64,000 nt of DNA from Candidatus Nanopelagicaceae bacterium (GTDB lineage Bacteria; Actinomycetota; Actinomycetes; Nanopelagicales; Nanopelagicaceae), in NCBI GenBank assembly GCA_036752125.1, contig DAIOTH010000001.1:8642-72641 (forward strand), in the 5' to 3' direction. Positions within the stretch are counted from its first letter, which is position 1. Every line of letters starts with the position of its first letter. The position numbers and the translations under genes were made by a program. The notes under the pieces are model-generated. The model worked only from the letters and a program-made list of their open reading frames with translations, made no database searches and was not told where the DNA came from. Below, in pieces: positions 1-10,544 of the stretch.

Positions 1-1
1 C

Positions 2-352
2 ATCATCAGTGTAGCTATCGCCTATGCGGTAATCAGGCTCGGGAAAGCCATAGATGAAGTTGGCACCGCAGTCAAAGAAATCACGAACGAAACCACTCCG
101 CTCTTGAGTGAAGTTACGACTACCGTTGAATTAGTCAATGGACCATTACAGAGCATCAATAAGGTGACTCGAACAATGGAGGAATTGAGTACGAAGATTA
201 CGGAAAATACATCCTCATTCTTGGATAAGAATCAGATGGCTATGAAAGCTGCGGGAGCAGTTTTAACAGCAGCACAATTGCGAAAGAAGAAAAAAGGGAA
301 GTCTTCGAAAAAGGGCAAAACAACTCGCTACGTTGATGATGAGGAGTTCTAA
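2..352 (+). CDS. DUF948-like membrane-anchored coiled-coil protein (5' end outside window)
   Basis: The frame of the listed 104..352 ORF stays open back to base 2 (IISVAIAYAVIRLGKAIDEVG...), giving a hydrophobic helix, a coiled-coil-like stretch and a Lys-rich tail. TTG at 104 is probably not the true start. Lies directly upstream of alaS. Confidence 0.5.
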   Translation: MISVAIAYAVIRLGKAIDEVGTAVKEITNETTPLLSEVTTTVELVNGPLQSINKVTRTMEELSTKITENTSSFLDKNQMAMKAAGAVLTAAQLRKKKKGKSSKKGKTTRYVDDEEF

Positions 353-358
353 TCCCTC

Positions 359-3028
359 GTGAAATCAGCCGAGATTAGATCGCGTTGGCTCTCCTTCTTT
401 GAGTCGCACAATAGTTTAGGTCTTCAGCACCAGGTAGTCCCTTCAGCATCTCTCATAGCTGATGATCCAAATTTGCTTCTCGTCAATGCGGGCATGGTTC
501 CGTTCAAACCATTCTTTCTAGGAGAGATGACTCCGCCATACAAACGCGCGACATCTGTCCAGAAATGTGTTCGCACACTTGATATCGACGAAGTTGGAAA
601 AACCACGCGTCACGCCTCGTTCTTTCAGATGTGCGGAAACTTTTCTTTTGGTGATTATTTCAAAGAAGGTGCAATAGCTCTTGCGTGGGAATTGCTTACT
701 AAACCCATCAGTGACGGAGGATATGGTTTTCCGGAAGAGAAATTGTGGGTAACTGTTTATCTCGATGATGATGAAGCTGCGGACATTTGGCATAAGCAAG
801 TTGGGATCCCGAAAGAAAGGATCCAACGTAGAGGAATGGCGGATAATTTCTGGTCTATGGGTGTACCTGGTCCATGCGGACCATGTTCTGAAATTTATTA
901 TGATCGTGGACCGCAGTACGGGAAGGAAGGCGGTCCGATTGCTGATGAGGACCGCTATTTAGAAATTTGGAATCTTGTCTTTATGCAAAATATTCGTGGA
1001 GATGGCCCCGGTAAAGAGGGTTATCCGATACTTGGCGAATTGCCGGCAAAAAATATTGATACTGGACTTGGTTTAGAGCGTACCGCTGCTTTACTTCAAG
1101 GTGTTGAAAATATCTACGAAATTGACACCACTCGCCACATTCTTGATAAAGCTAGTTCAATTACTGGCGTCAAATATGGCTCAAATGCCAAGAACGATAT
1201 TTCTCTCCGTGTCATCGCAGATCATGCTCGAACTGCGACGATGCTCATTGGAGACGGAGTAACTCCCGGTAATGAAGGTAGAGGTTACGTTCTCCGCCGA
1301 ATGATGCGCCGTACTACTCGAAATATGCGACTACTCGGTTCACCAGATCACAACATGGTCGAATTGATTTCGGCCTCTATCGAAGCGATGGGACCTCAAT
1401 ATCCCGAGCTTATTTCCGACAAAGAACGCATTATCAAGGTGTCTGAGGCTGAAGAAGATACATTCCTACAAACGCTCAAGAGCGGCACGCAAATTTTTGA
1501 TGTCGCAAGTTCGGTGGTAAAAAAGAGTGGCGGCAAACAAATTTCTGGAGATGACGCTTTCAAACTTCACGATACTTATGGTTTTCCGTTTGATTTAACT
1601 CTAGAAATGGCCTCGGAACAAGGTTTGGCAGTTGATGCCGAAGGTTTCCAGCGGTTAATGAAGGAACAGCGCGAACGAGCAAAAGCTGATGCAAAGTCTA
1701 AAAAGAGCGGGCATACCGATCTCTCTGAGTACCGGAAAATTGCAGAGCAGGGCAAGAAGTTGGAATTTATTGGTTACAGTCATCTTGAGAGTGAAAGCAC
1801 GCTTCTCGGTCTTTTCAAAGATGGGAAAGCAACTAAGGAAGCTAATCTCGGTGACGAAGTAGAGTTAATTTTGGATCGCACGCCTTTCTATGCTGAAGGT
1901 GGCGGGCAATTAGCAGATGGTGGATACATTCATGGCTCAGACGGTTCGCTTATTGAGGTAGATGATGTTCAGGCCCCGATTCCTGGAGTCTTTGTTCATC
2001 GTGGGCGAGTCACTAAAGGTTCATGGATATCGGGATCACTTGTAAGAGCTGCAATCGATATTGAAAGGCGGCGCGGTATTTCTCGCGCACACACAGCGAC
2101 ACACATGGTGCATAAAGCATTTCGAGAGATTCTCGGCGAAACTGCCACGCAGGCAGGTTCGGAAAATGCTCCGGGAAGATTCAGATTCGATTTCCCATCT
2201 GCAGGCGCAGTATCTGCTGCATCGCTATCAGAAGTTGAATCACGTGTTAATACACTTCTTCTCGAAGATCTTGAAGTTACTGCCGAAGAGATGTCTCAGT
2301 CGGAAGCAAAAGCAATCGGAGCGATGGCGCTCTTTGGTGAAAAGTATGGCGATCGAGTTCGCGTAGTTAGCGTTGGTGACTGGGCGCGAGAATTGTGTGG
2401 AGGAACTCACGTGGCTCGATCCGGCCAACTGGGAATCGTGAAACTTCTGGGTGAGTCATCGATTGGCGCAGGGGTTAGGCGAGTTGAAGCTTTGGTAGGT
2501 GTTGACGCTTATTCATTCCTTGCTCGTGAACATGTGCTGCTGAATTCACTCAATGACTTAATAAAGAGCACAAGGGTTGAAGAATTGCCAGAACGAATCT
2601 CCGCGCTTGTTGCGCGAGTCAAGGAAGTCGAGAAGGAATTGGCACAAATTAAGACTAAACAAGCGCTTGCCGCCGCAGGTTCGCTGATTAATTCAGCGGA
2701 AAAAGTCAATGGATTGTCATTTGTATCAAGCAACATGGGAGAAAATCTCTCCGGAGATGATCTCAGAACTATCGCCTTAGATCTACGATCACGAGTTAAA
2801 GGTAGTGTTATCGCGCTAGCCAGTTTTGGAGATGAGAAAGTAACTCTTGTCGTTGCCGTGGATGAAGAGGCTCGGGCGCGAGGTGTGAAAGCAGGAAGTC
2901 TCGTAAAACTTGCCTCGTCAATTTTGGGCGGTGGCGGTGGCGGAAAAGATGATTTTGCTCAAGGCGGCGGTTCTGACCGTACGAAAATTTCTGAAGCTAT
3001 GAGCGCAATCAAGAACGCGCTGAATTAA
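359..3028 (+). CDS. alaS: alanine--tRNA ligase
   Basis: 889 aa. Class II aaRS motif [15 protein letters not shown], editing-domain [12 protein letters not shown]-terminal [15 protein letters not shown] tail. Confidence 0.97.
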   Translation: MKSAEIRSRWLSFFESHNSLGLQHQVVPSASLIADDPNLLLVNAGMVPFKPFFLGEMTPPYKRATSVQKCVRTLDIDEVGKTTRHASFFQMCGNFSFGDYFKEGAIALAWELLTKPISDGGYGFPEEKLWVTVYLDDDEAADIWHKQVGIPKERIQRRGMADNFWSMGVPGPCGPCSEIYYDRGPQYGKEGGPIADEDRYLEIWNLVFMQNIRGDGPGKEGYPILGELPAKNIDTGLGLERTAALLQGVENIYEIDTTRHILDKASSITGVKYGSNAKNDISLRVIADHARTATMLIGDGVTPGNEGRGYVLRRMMRRTTRNMRLLGSPDHNMVELISASIEAMGPQYPELISDKERIIKVSEAEEDTFLQTLKSGTQIFDVASSVVKKSGGKQISGDDAFKLHDTYGFPFDLTLEMASEQGLAVDAEGFQRLMKEQRERAKADAKSKKSGHTDLSEYRKIAEQGKKLEFIGYSHLESESTLLGLFKDGKATKEANLGDEVELILDRTPFYAEGGGQLADGGYIHGSDGSLIEVDDVQAPIPGVFVHRGRVTKGSWISGSLVRAAIDIERRRGISRAHTATHMVHKAFREILGETATQAGSENAPGRFRFDFPSAGAVSAASLSEVESRVNTLLLEDLEVTAEEMSQSEAKAIGAMALFGEKYGDRVRVVSVGDWARELCGGTHVARSGQLGIVKLLGESSIGAGVRRVEALVGVDAYSFLAREHVLLNSLNDLIKSTRVEELPERISALVARVKEVEKELAQIKTKQALAAAGSLINSAEKVNGLSFVSSNMGENLSGDDLRTIALDLRSRVKGSVIALASFGDEKVTLVVAVDEEARARGVKAGSLVKLASSILGGGGGGKDDFAQGGGSDRTKISEAMSAIKNALN

Positions 3029-3036
3029 AGGCCACG

Positions 3037-3495
3037 ATGTTGCCATCAGGTCGGCGCTTGGCAATTGATTATGGCGAAGTTCGTATCGGGCTTGCCATGA
3101 GTGATCCAACAGGAACGCTCTCTTCACCCTTGATGACTTTGCGCAATGAGGTATCTAATCCGGACGGAACGTTTCAGGCCATTTCCGAAGTGGTAGATGC
3201 CAATGAAATCCGAGTCATCTACATCGGATTACCGTTACATCTATCTGGGGAAGAAGGGGCATCTTCCGAAAAAGTGCGCGCGTTCGCTGCTGGTCTGCGA
3301 AAGCACGTAAATCTGCAAGTGCCGATTCAACTTCTAGATGAGCGCCTCTCAACAAAGGCGGCGATTAATCAGGCTAACGCTATGGGTAAGAAGCTGGGCC
3401 GTGACGAAGTTGATCAGATGGCCGCAGTAGCAATCTTGGAGTTTGCTCTCAGCGTTGAAAAATCAATAGGGGATTTTGCGGGCAATGCAATCTGA
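3037..3495 (+). CDS. ruvX: Holliday junction resolvase-like RNase YqgF/RuvX
   Basis: 152 aa. N-terminus RRLAIDYGEVRIGLAMSD. Conserved alaS-ruvX-mltG-aroE order. Confidence 0.9.
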   Translation: MLPSGRRLAIDYGEVRIGLAMSDPTGTLSSPLMTLRNEVSNPDGTFQAISEVVDANEIRVIYIGLPLHLSGEEGASSEKVRAFAAGLRKHVNLQVPIQLLDERLSTKAAINQANAMGKKLGRDEVDQMAAVAILEFALSVEKSIGDFAGNAI

Positions 3496-4537
3496 TACCG
3501 CTAAGCCTCAGGTTAGTTTCATGGCTAATCCACTTGTCCGTCTTATCTTTGCAGGCCTCTTCATTTTAATTGCAACTTTTACGCTACGTTTCTTTGCAAG
3601 CGGTGTAGAAACCGCTCCAGATTATGAGGCTGGACAGGCGGGACCTGAAGTAATTATTGAAGTTCAGCGTGGAGAAACCGGATCTGAGATAGGAAAGAAA
3701 CTAGAACAGGCCGGCGTTGTTAAATCTACTCTCGCCTTTTTTAGAGTCGCTGTGGGTGACTCTCGATCAGCGCGTATCGCACCCGGAGAACACCGTTTAG
3801 AGACACGAATTCCCGCAAAATTAGCGCTGGATCAACTACTGGATCCCAAGAGAATTCCGAATCTGATCATCATTCGAGATGGGGCAAGAGTGACTGAAGT
3901 TGTCGAATCACTCGTTCAATTCGGTCTGGCGCGAGAAGATATCGAAAGAGCGATGAAAGCGGTCACAACACCAAAAATATTCTCTGCTAATTCTCTTGAG
4001 GGATTTCTTTATCCCGCACAATATTCATTTAACAAAGATGTGAAAGCGGTAACAGTAATTCAAGCAGCCCTTGAAAAATTTAACTGGGCAACAAAGGAAG
4101 TGAATTGGAGCGTCTCAAAAAAGTTTACCCCGTACGAGTTGTTAACCATTGCCTCACTTGTTGAAACTGAGGGGACCCCAGATATTTTCGGCAAAGTTTC
4201 TCGAGTTATCTTCAACAGGCTCCAAAAAGGAATGCCCTTACAGTTTGATTCGACGGTGCACTATGCGCTTAATCGACGTGGAGAGATTAGGGTTTCTCTC
4301 GCTGATATCAAAGTAAAGAGTAAGTACAACACGTTTATAAACCCTGGTCTGCCGCCGGGACCGATTGGAAGCCCGACACGGGATGCGATTGATGCAACCT
4401 TGTCTCCGTTGGAGGGAGATTGGCTCTATTTCGTCACAGTCAAACCTGGAGATACTAGGTTCACCAGCTCTTACGATCAATTCTTGGAATGGAAAGCTGA
4501 ATACAAGAAAAACTTTAAGCAAGGGCTTTTTGAATGA
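3485..4537 (+). CDS. mltG: endolytic murein transglycosylase MltG (YceG-like)
   Basis: N-terminal TM helix (LVRLIFAGLFILIATFTL) followed by a YceG-like domain. ATG at 3485 preferred over the TTG at 3476. Confidence 0.85.
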   Translation: MQSDTAKPQVSFMANPLVRLIFAGLFILIATFTLRFFASGVETAPDYEAGQAGPEVIIEVQRGETGSEIGKKLEQAGVVKSTLAFFRVAVGDSRSARIAPGEHRLETRIPAKLALDQLLDPKRIPNLIIIRDGARVTEVVESLVQFGLAREDIERAMKAVTTPKIFSANSLEGFLYPAQYSFNKDVKAVTVIQAALEKFNWATKEVNWSVSKKFTPYELLTIASLVETEGTPDIFGKVSRVIFNRLQKGMPLQFDSTVHYALNRRGEIRVSLADIKVKSKYNTFINPGLPPGPIGSPTRDAIDATLSPLEGDWLYFVTVKPGDTRFTSSYDQFLEWKAEYKKNFKQGLFE

Positions 4538-5346
4538 AAAGACAGGCAGCGGTATTGGGTTCACCCATAGCTCATTCACTTTCGCCAGTGATTCATTTGA
4601 GAGCGTATGAAATCTTAGGTTTACCTTACGATTATCAAGCGGTCGAAGTGACTCGAGAAGGTTTAAGTGCTTTTCTGACACAAGAGAGACTCCACGATGA
4701 AAATACTTTGGGTTTCTCGCTCACTATGCCCCTTAAAGAGGAGATCTGCTCACCAAAATTTGCCAACCTTCTGAATGTAGATCAGCGCTCTCAACAGATA
4801 AATTCCGCCAATACTCTTTATCGAGATGGAGATGCATGGCAGGCAACTTCAACGGATGTGACGGGGTTTGAATATTTGCTCTCGAATAGGAAATTTGCGA
4901 ACGTTGTGATTCTTGGCTCGGGTGGAACAGCGCGAGCTGTTATGGCAGCTCGACAGATTCAAGGCGCAGAAATTAGATTGTTTCGAAGAAGTTCAGAGAG
5001 AGATGAAATGTTGAGTCAATCATTTCCTGATCTATCGCTTCGCTTTATGGATTGGAACGAGCTCGATTCATCCATTTCGGCAGACATACTCGTTAATACC
5101 GTGCCAAATAGTGGTGTAGAGAAAGTAGTTCTCGGTGAATTCCCAATTTTGCTTGACGCTATTTATTCCCCATGGCTGCCTGCTTTGTCCAAAAGGCAGA
5201 TGCAAATAGGGGGAGAATTATTGACAGGTATAGATCTGCTCTGTGCGCAAGCGATCTATCAAGTATCTCTAATGACCAAAGAGAATTTTGAGTTTGAGTT
5301 GATGTTCAATGCGATGAAGAAAGTGGCCCTGGCTCAACTGGTTTGA
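4534..5346 (+). CDS. aroE: shikimate dehydrogenase
   Basis: AAVLGSPIAHSLSPVIH N-terminus, GSGGTARA dinucleotide loop, ATGA overlap with mltG. Confidence 0.9.
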   Translation: MKRQAAVLGSPIAHSLSPVIHLRAYEILGLPYDYQAVEVTREGLSAFLTQERLHDENTLGFSLTMPLKEEICSPKFANLLNVDQRSQQINSANTLYRDGDAWQATSTDVTGFEYLLSNRKFANVVILGSGGTARAVMAARQIQGAEIRLFRRSSERDEMLSQSFPDLSLRFMDWNELDSSISADILVNTVPNSGVEKVVLGEFPILLDAIYSPWLPALSKRQMQIGGELLTGIDLLCAQAIYQVSLMTKENFEFELMFNAMKKVALAQLV

Positions 5347-5393
5347 CCTGTTGATAACGTTTTCGTTCACATCTCAAGCTTTACGATCTAAGT

Positions 5394-5900
5394 GTGGTCT
5401 TAATCCATTTTATTCTCTTTGCGGGAGTGATCTCTTTCAGAGATATCTCATCACATCGCATAAAGAAGCGTGAGGTTTATCTAGCGTTAGTAACTATCGC
5501 TCCATTTCTTCATTTCAATTCATTCCTCTTTGCAGCCGTCAATGGAGCTCTATATACAGGTATTCGAAGGCTTTCATCGAATCAATTAGGTAAGGGGGAT
5601 GTTCGACTAGCGCCGTTAATTGGAGTTTATATCTCTATGTATGAGGAAGAAATCGGAGAGACTTTTGTAGTAAATCTCATGACCTGGTCACTAGCAGGAG
5701 TTGTCGCTCTATATCTCATGTTGAAAGGCAAGAATCGCGCTCACTACCGGATTCCATTTGCTCCATTTATGTTTCTTGGGGTAGTGGTTCATGGAACTGC
5801 TCAAATAGCCGCCGAGAAATGCTCGCCATCTGCGATAATTGTGCAATGCGTTGGCTTACTGCAGGAGAATCTCACGGCCCAGCTCTCGTTGGCATCGTAG
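5394..5900 (+). CDS. A24-family prepilin peptidase-like membrane protein (peptidase domain only, TadV/CpaA-like)
   Basis: 168 aa polytopic protein. Candidate catalytic Asp residues in FRDISSHRI and GKGDVRL (GxGDxK-type). No N-methyltransferase domain. The 3' end overlaps aroC by 55 nt. Confidence 0.6.
   Translation: MVLIHFILFAGVISFRDISSHRIKKREVYLALVTIAPFLHFNSFLFAAVNGALYTGIRRLSSNQLGKGDVRLAPLIGVYISMYEEEIGETFVVNLMTWSLAGVVALYLMLKGKNRAHYRIPFAPFMFLGVVVHGTAQIAAEKCSPSAIIVQCVGLLQENLTAQLSLAS
5834..5839 (+). promoter_or_regulatory. -10 element for leaderless aroC
   Basis: GATAAT, then 6 nt (TGTGCA), then the ATG at 5846. No Shine-Dalgarno. Lies inside the 3' end of the peptidase gene. Confidence 0.45.
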
Positions 5901-7027
5901 AGGGAATACCTGCGCATGTGATGGTGAATACGGCAGATATTGATGAAGATCTGCGACGTCGCAGATTAGGTTTTGGGCGGGGCGCGCGTCAGAATTTTGA
6001 AGCCGACAAAGTCACAATTCTCGGTGGGGTTCGCCATGGCGTCACACAAGGCGGACCGATTGCAATAGAAATTGCAAACTCAGAATGGCCAAAATGGGAA
6101 AAAATTATGTCCGCAGATCCAGTGGCTAAGGAAGAGATTGAAAACCTGGGACGTAATGCACCTTTGACAAGACCACGACCTGGTCATGCGGATCTAGTAG
6201 GAATGCAGAAGTACGATTTTGATGATGCTAGACCCATATTGGAGCGTGCATCAGCTCGAGAAACAGCGGCACGCGTTGCGCTCGGGGCAGTAGCCAGAAG
6301 GTTCCTTAGACAAGTTGCTGGTATTGAGATTTTGAGCCACGTAGTTTCTATAGGATCAATCGAAATTCCGAATGATTACCAGATTCCAGAGAAGAATTCT
6401 CAATCAAGAATTGATCTCGATGAAGTGAGATGTGCATTTCCCGAAACAAGTAAAAAAATGATTGAAGAAATTAACGATGCACACTCCAAAGGTGACACTT
6501 TAGGTGGAGTTGTAGAAGTTCTTGCTTTCGATATCCCACCCGGACTTGGTTCACACGTGCATTGGGATAGACGTTTAGATTCTCGTTTAGCAGGCGCTTT
6601 GATGGGGATTCAGGCCATCAAAGGAGTTGAAATAGGTGATGGTTTCACGACGGCAAAACGGAGAGGAAGTTTTGCGCATGATGAAATCGAGAGAGATGCA
6701 ACGGGCGCCATTCGCAGACGTACTGGTCGTGCTGGTGGCACAGAAGGCGGTATGTCTACTGGCGAGGTGCTGCGCGTGCGCGCTGCTATGAAACCGATTT
6801 CAACAGTACCGAAAGCGCTCGACACTATTGATACTTCAAATGGCGAACCAGCAAAGGCTATTAATCAGCGATCCGATGTTTGTGCAGTTCCTGCCGCGGG
6901 AATTGTTGCGGAAGCGATGGTCGCTCTTGTGATAGCGGAATCGTTCCTTGAGAAGTTCGGTGGAGATAGTTTGATGGAGTCACAACGAAATCTTCGCTCG
7001 TATCTCGACAATATGAAGATTAAGTGA
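5846..7027 (+). CDS. aroC: chorismate synthase
   Basis: Canonical N-terminus [14 protein letters not shown] begins at the ATG at 5846; the ORF-track start at 5819 adds 9 unconserved residues. Confidence 0.95.
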   Translation: MRWLTAGESHGPALVGIVEGIPAHVMVNTADIDEDLRRRRLGFGRGARQNFEADKVTILGGVRHGVTQGGPIAIEIANSEWPKWEKIMSADPVAKEEIENLGRNAPLTRPRPGHADLVGMQKYDFDDARPILERASARETAARVALGAVARRFLRQVAGIEILSHVVSIGSIEIPNDYQIPEKNSQSRIDLDEVRCAFPETSKKMIEEINDAHSKGDTLGGVVEVLAFDIPPGLGSHVHWDRRLDSRLAGALMGIQAIKGVEIGDGFTTAKRRGSFAHDEIERDATGAIRRRTGRAGGTEGGMSTGEVLRVRAAMKPISTVPKALDTIDTSNGEPAKAINQRSDVCAVPAAGIVAEAMVALVIAESFLEKFGGDSLMESQRNLRSYLDNMKIK

Positions 7028-7536
7028 CGTGTATGCAAGCCATAGTTCTGATAGGGCCACCTGGTGCAGGTAAATCGACTGTTGCAAAGTACCTATCAAA
7101 AGAGTGCGGTAAGCCGTATATCGATACCGATCAGATGATTGAAAAGGAAACCGGGCGACAAATTTCAGAAATTTTCCTGAGTGACGGCGAAGAAGGTTTT
7201 AGGAAAATTGAGAAGGAAGTGGTTCTTAAAGCCCTTGAGGAAAATGATTGCGTTATAGCTCTCGGCGGTGGGTCAGTACTCGATCATGAGGTAGAAAATC
7301 GGCTTGAAAGTTTTTCTCATGTCATTTTCTTAGATGTTTCGATTTCTAATGCGGCACCGAGAGTGGGTTTTAATAAGGAACGTCCGCTCTTAGTCGGGAA
7401 TCCACGACAGCAATGGTTGGCGTTGATGGAAAAGCGTCGGCCAATCTACGAAAGAGTCTCAACGCGTACTTTTTCAACAGATAATCGCAAGCCCCAAGAA
7501 GTGGCTCGCCAAATCGCTGCGGAGCTCTTAAAGTGA
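7024..7536 (+). CDS. aroK: shikimate kinase
   Basis: Walker [14 protein letters not shown] overlap with aroC. Confidence 0.9.
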   Translation: MTCMQAIVLIGPPGAGKSTVAKYLSKECGKPYIDTDQMIEKETGRQISEIFLSDGEEGFRKIEKEVVLKALEENDCVIALGGGSVLDHEVENRLESFSHVIFLDVSISNAAPRVGFNKERPLLVGNPRQQWLALMEKRRPIYERVSTRTFSTDNRKPQEVARQIAAELLK

Positions 7537-8555
7537 ACGGGATTGTAGTTACGGCAGAACGAGAGTATGTCGTTGATTTTGTTGAGGATTGGAAGCTCGA
7601 ATTAACGAAAACGGTTTCCGACAAGCAAGTCTGTGTGTTGGTGCCAAGTTCCCTCTTTCATTTCGCTAAGGGGCTGCCGGCTGATTGGTTAGTTGTGAAA
7701 GTTCCCGATGGAGAAGTTCAGAAATCGCCTGCAACATATATTTCGGTTCTAGAGAAGCTCGTCGAAGAGAGATTCACTCGTGATTGCTTCATCGTCGGAA
7801 TTGGGGGTGGGGCTACTACGGATTTGGCTGGGTTCGTTGCGGCCACATTTTTACGTGGCGTGGATTGGATCGCCGTACCCACGTCGTTGGCGGCGATGGT
7901 CGACGCAGCAGTTGGCGGAAAAACTGGTATTAATCTTGAAGGAGGCAAGAATCTTGCGGGCGCTTTTCATTCGCCCAGAAAGGTCATTATCTGTAGAGAA
8001 TTCTTGTCAACGCTACCGGAGCGGGATTTGAAAGCAGGCTTAGCGGAAGTTGCTAAGTGTGGATTTATTGCAGACCCGAAGATTCTCGAGTTGATCAATA
8101 CCGATTGGAAGTTGCACCTCGACGAATTGATCACCCGTTCCATCTCTGTTAAAGCAAGGGTAGTAGGTAAAGATTTCAAAGAATCCTTTGATCGTGAAAT
8201 TTTGAATTACGGACATACGCTTGGTCACGCAATTGAGCGGCATTCAAATTACGAATTGAGACATGGAGAATGCGTAGCAATTGGATTGATTTATGCAGCA
8301 GCTCTTTCTGAAAGATTTTCTGGTTTGTCCGCCAAAGAGGTTACTCTGCATAGATCAGTTCTTGATTCGCTAGGACTTTCTACCTCATATAGCGCAGGTG
8401 CGTGGGATAGTCTTTATGAGTTGATGTTGCGAGATAAAAAGAATAGATCAACACTGAGATTCGTGACTCTGACAAGTATCGGTAAGCCTACGCGTTTAGA
8501 AAATCCGAGCGTTGAAGCTTTAAAAGAGATCTACGATCGAGAGATTGGAAGGTAG
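7533..8555 (+). CDS. aroB: 3-dehydroquinate synthase
   Basis: GIGGGATTDLAGFVAA and YGHTLGHAIE metal-site motifs. GTGA overlap with aroK. Confidence 0.92.
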   Translation: MNGIVVTAEREYVVDFVEDWKLELTKTVSDKQVCVLVPSSLFHFAKGLPADWLVVKVPDGEVQKSPATYISVLEKLVEERFTRDCFIVGIGGGATTDLAGFVAATFLRGVDWIAVPTSLAAMVDAAVGGKTGINLEGGKNLAGAFHSPRKVIICREFLSTLPERDLKAGLAEVAKCGFIADPKILELINTDWKLHLDELITRSISVKARVVGKDFKESFDREILNYGHTLGHAIERHSNYELRHGECVAIGLIYAAALSERFSGLSAKEVTLHRSVLDSLGLSTSYSAGAWDSLYELMLRDKKNRSTLRFVTLTSIGKPTRLENPSVEALKEIYDREIGR

Positions 8556-8558
8556 ATT

Positions 8559-8996
8559 ATGGGTATGAAGATTCTTGTCCTCAACGGCCCGAATTTGTCG
8601 CGACTTGATCTGCGCGAAAAGAATTACTACGGAGATATTGTGTACGCGGATATTGAGAGCTCGGTTCGGAGTGAAGCGGCATCTCTCGATTTTGAAGCGG
8701 AGATTCGACAGAGCAACGATGAATCGGAGATCATCAGCTGGTTACACGAGGCAGCGGATAAAAAGATGCCCGTTATTTTCAACCCCGCAGCATTCACACA
8801 CTATTCATATGCGATTCGCGATGCTGTTGTCATGCTCAAGGCGCCATGTATTGAAGTTCACTTGTCCAACCCGCTCTCTCGAGAAGAATTTCGTCACACT
8901 TCTGTTATCTCTGGAGTTGTGAATGGAACAATCGCAGGCTTTGGGCTGGATTCATATCGTCTTGCGCTTCAAGCGCTGAAGCAATTAGTTAAATAG
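8559..8996 (+). CDS. aroQ: type II 3-dehydroquinate dehydratase
   Basis: KILVLNGPNL N-terminus, EVHLSNP motif, 145 aa. Confidence 0.92.
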   Translation: MGMKILVLNGPNLSRLDLREKNYYGDIVYADIESSVRSEAASLDFEAEIRQSNDESEIISWLHEAADKKMPVIFNPAAFTHYSYAIRDAVVMLKAPCIEVHLSNPLSREEFRHTSVISGVVNGTIAGFGLDSYRLALQALKQLVK

Positions 8997-9022
8997 CGAA
9001 TTGAAAGGTAATCTTCCCCGCT

Positions 9023-9583
9023 ATGGCTACTACAAATGATCTAAAAAATGGAATGACTCTCGATATCGAGGGACAACTCTGGAATGTGGTCGAGTTTCAG
9101 CATGTCAAACCTGGAAAGGGCCCAGCTTTCGTCCGAACAAAGCTTAAGAATGTGCTCTCTGGCAAAGTTGTTGAGAAGACCTTCAATGCTGGAGTAAAGG
9201 TTGATATAGCAATTCTTGAAAAGCGTGACATGCAATTTCTCTATAAGGATCCTTCAGGATATGTATTTATGGATTCGACAACTTATGATCAAATGACAAT
9301 TTCACCTGAGACTGTGGGCGATGCCGCCAACTACATGCTGGAAAATAGCGAGGCCATCGTGGCTGTCCACGAAGGCAACCCGCTATACGTTGAACTACCT
9401 GCAAACGTTCCATTAAAAATTACGTACACCGAGCCTGGACTACAAGGTGATCGTTCTTCTGCTGGATCTAAACCTGCAACTCTCGAGACCGGAATATCAA
9501 TTCAAGTTCCGCTCTTTATTAAACAGGACGAGGTTGTCCTTGTAGACACTCGCACTGGCGAATATTTAGGACGAGCAAACTAA
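9023..9583 (+). CDS. efp: elongation factor P
   Basis: [20 protein letters not shown]...[15 protein letters not shown], 186 aa. Confidence 0.95.
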   Translation: MATTNDLKNGMTLDIEGQLWNVVEFQHVKPGKGPAFVRTKLKNVLSGKVVEKTFNAGVKVDIAILEKRDMQFLYKDPSGYVFMDSTTYDQMTISPETVGDAANYMLENSEAIVAVHEGNPLYVELPANVPLKITYTEPGLQGDRSSAGSKPATLETGISIQVPLFIKQDEVVLVDTRTGEYLGRAN

Positions 9584-9994
9584 GTGAGCACCCGTTCCAA
9601 AGCGCGAAAAGCGGCTCTGGATTTACTGTACGAAGGTGATATTCGCCGCTCCTCTGCATCCGAATTGCTCAATAGACGGGTGACCGATCTCGAATATGTG
9701 ATTCGAGACTTTACAAAAGAATTGATTGACGGCGTTGAATTGCACCGTCGAAAAATCGATGAACTGATCACCACCTATTCACAGGGCTGGGATATGGATC
9801 GTATGCCCGTTATTGATAGAAATATTCTTCGGCTAGCCATCTATGAAGTTCTCTGGTCCGAGAGCGTCCCCGTATCGGTTGCGATCAATGAAGCGATAGA
9901 GCTTGCACAGACCCTTTCGACTGAGGATTCAAGCAAGTACATAAATGGAGTCCTAAGTAAAGTTGTGGAGATTAAGCCCGATCTTGTTTTGTAA
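9584..9994 (+). CDS. nusB: transcription antitermination factor NusB
   Basis: RSKARKAALDLLYE N-terminus, 136 aa, efp-nusB order. Confidence 0.9.
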   Translation: MSTRSKARKAALDLLYEGDIRRSSASELLNRRVTDLEYVIRDFTKELIDGVELHRRKIDELITTYSQGWDMDRMPVIDRNILRLAIYEVLWSESVPVSVAINEAIELAQTLSTEDSSKYINGVLSKVVEIKPDLVL

Positions 9995-10457
9995 GAAGAA
10001 GTTCTCGATTAGTTAATGCCTCAGCCAATTCCTGCTCAGTTTTCGCTGTAATAATCATAAGAGTATCTATGTCGCTGGAACGTATGCTCAATAATTCACC
10101 ATTCCAGTCATCCCGTTTTGTTGCAATCCAATTTAATAAGCCATAGACCAAGCGGGCGAATTCGTCAGGTGAGCCGAGGATTCCGCGGAGTTTCCGTAAA
10201 TCTAGGGTAGCCCCGCGAGAAAGGTTTCGTGTAGAAGTTTGATCCATGTCACGAAACAGAGCGCTCAGAGGAACTGAATAAAAGTTACAGAGTTCTTCTG
10301 CTTTAGCGATACTCAATGAGCGAGTGCCGCGTTCATAAGAGCCGACAACAACTGCCTTCCACTTGCCTCGAGATTTAATCTCCACTTGCTTGAGAGTGAG
10401 GTGTTGCTGATGTCGGATGTGCTTAAGGCGTTGAGCGATATGAAGCGGTGTGGGCAT
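9972..10457 (-). CDS. bldD: BldD-like XRE-family transcriptional regulator
   Basis: N-terminal HTH (RLKHIRHQQHLTLKQVE...VGSYERG). C-terminal domain carries RDD-WNGELLSI-RSSD, which matches RXD-X8-RXXD. Sits between nusB and pyrR as in Streptomyces. Confidence 0.8.
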   Translation of the reverse strand: MPTPLHIAQRLKHIRHQQHLTLKQVEIKSRGKWKAVVVGSYERGTRSLSIAKAEELCNFYSVPLSALFRDMDQTSTRNLSRGATLDLRKLRGILGSPDEFARLVYGLLNWIATKRDDWNGELLSIRSSDIDTLMIITAKTEQELAEALTNRELLLTKQDRA

Positions 10458-10463
10458 GGGCGG

Positions 10464-10469
10464 AGATTA
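10464..10469 (-). promoter_or_regulatory. -10 element for leaderless bldD
   Basis: Minus strand reads TAATCT, then CCGCCC (6 nt), then the ATG at 10457. Confidence 0.5.
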
Positions 10470-10544
10470 AGGCGAACCGCCGGCTCAATCGCCCACGCAT
10501 CCACAGGGGAGAGCTCATGCTAAAGTTCGCCAACCTTTAACGAT

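Noticed and set aside
4238-4681. 147-aa minus-strand ORF spanning the mltG/aroE junction.
   Set aside because: It overlaps two conserved plus-strand genes that are joined by an ATGA overlap, and it has no motif support.
8575-8922. 115-aa alternative-frame ORF inside aroQ, and a 78-aa alternative-frame ORF at 21135..21371 inside rpoZ.
   Set aside because: Both are same-strand out-of-frame ORFs within short, well-conserved genes. Their translations have no recognisable features.
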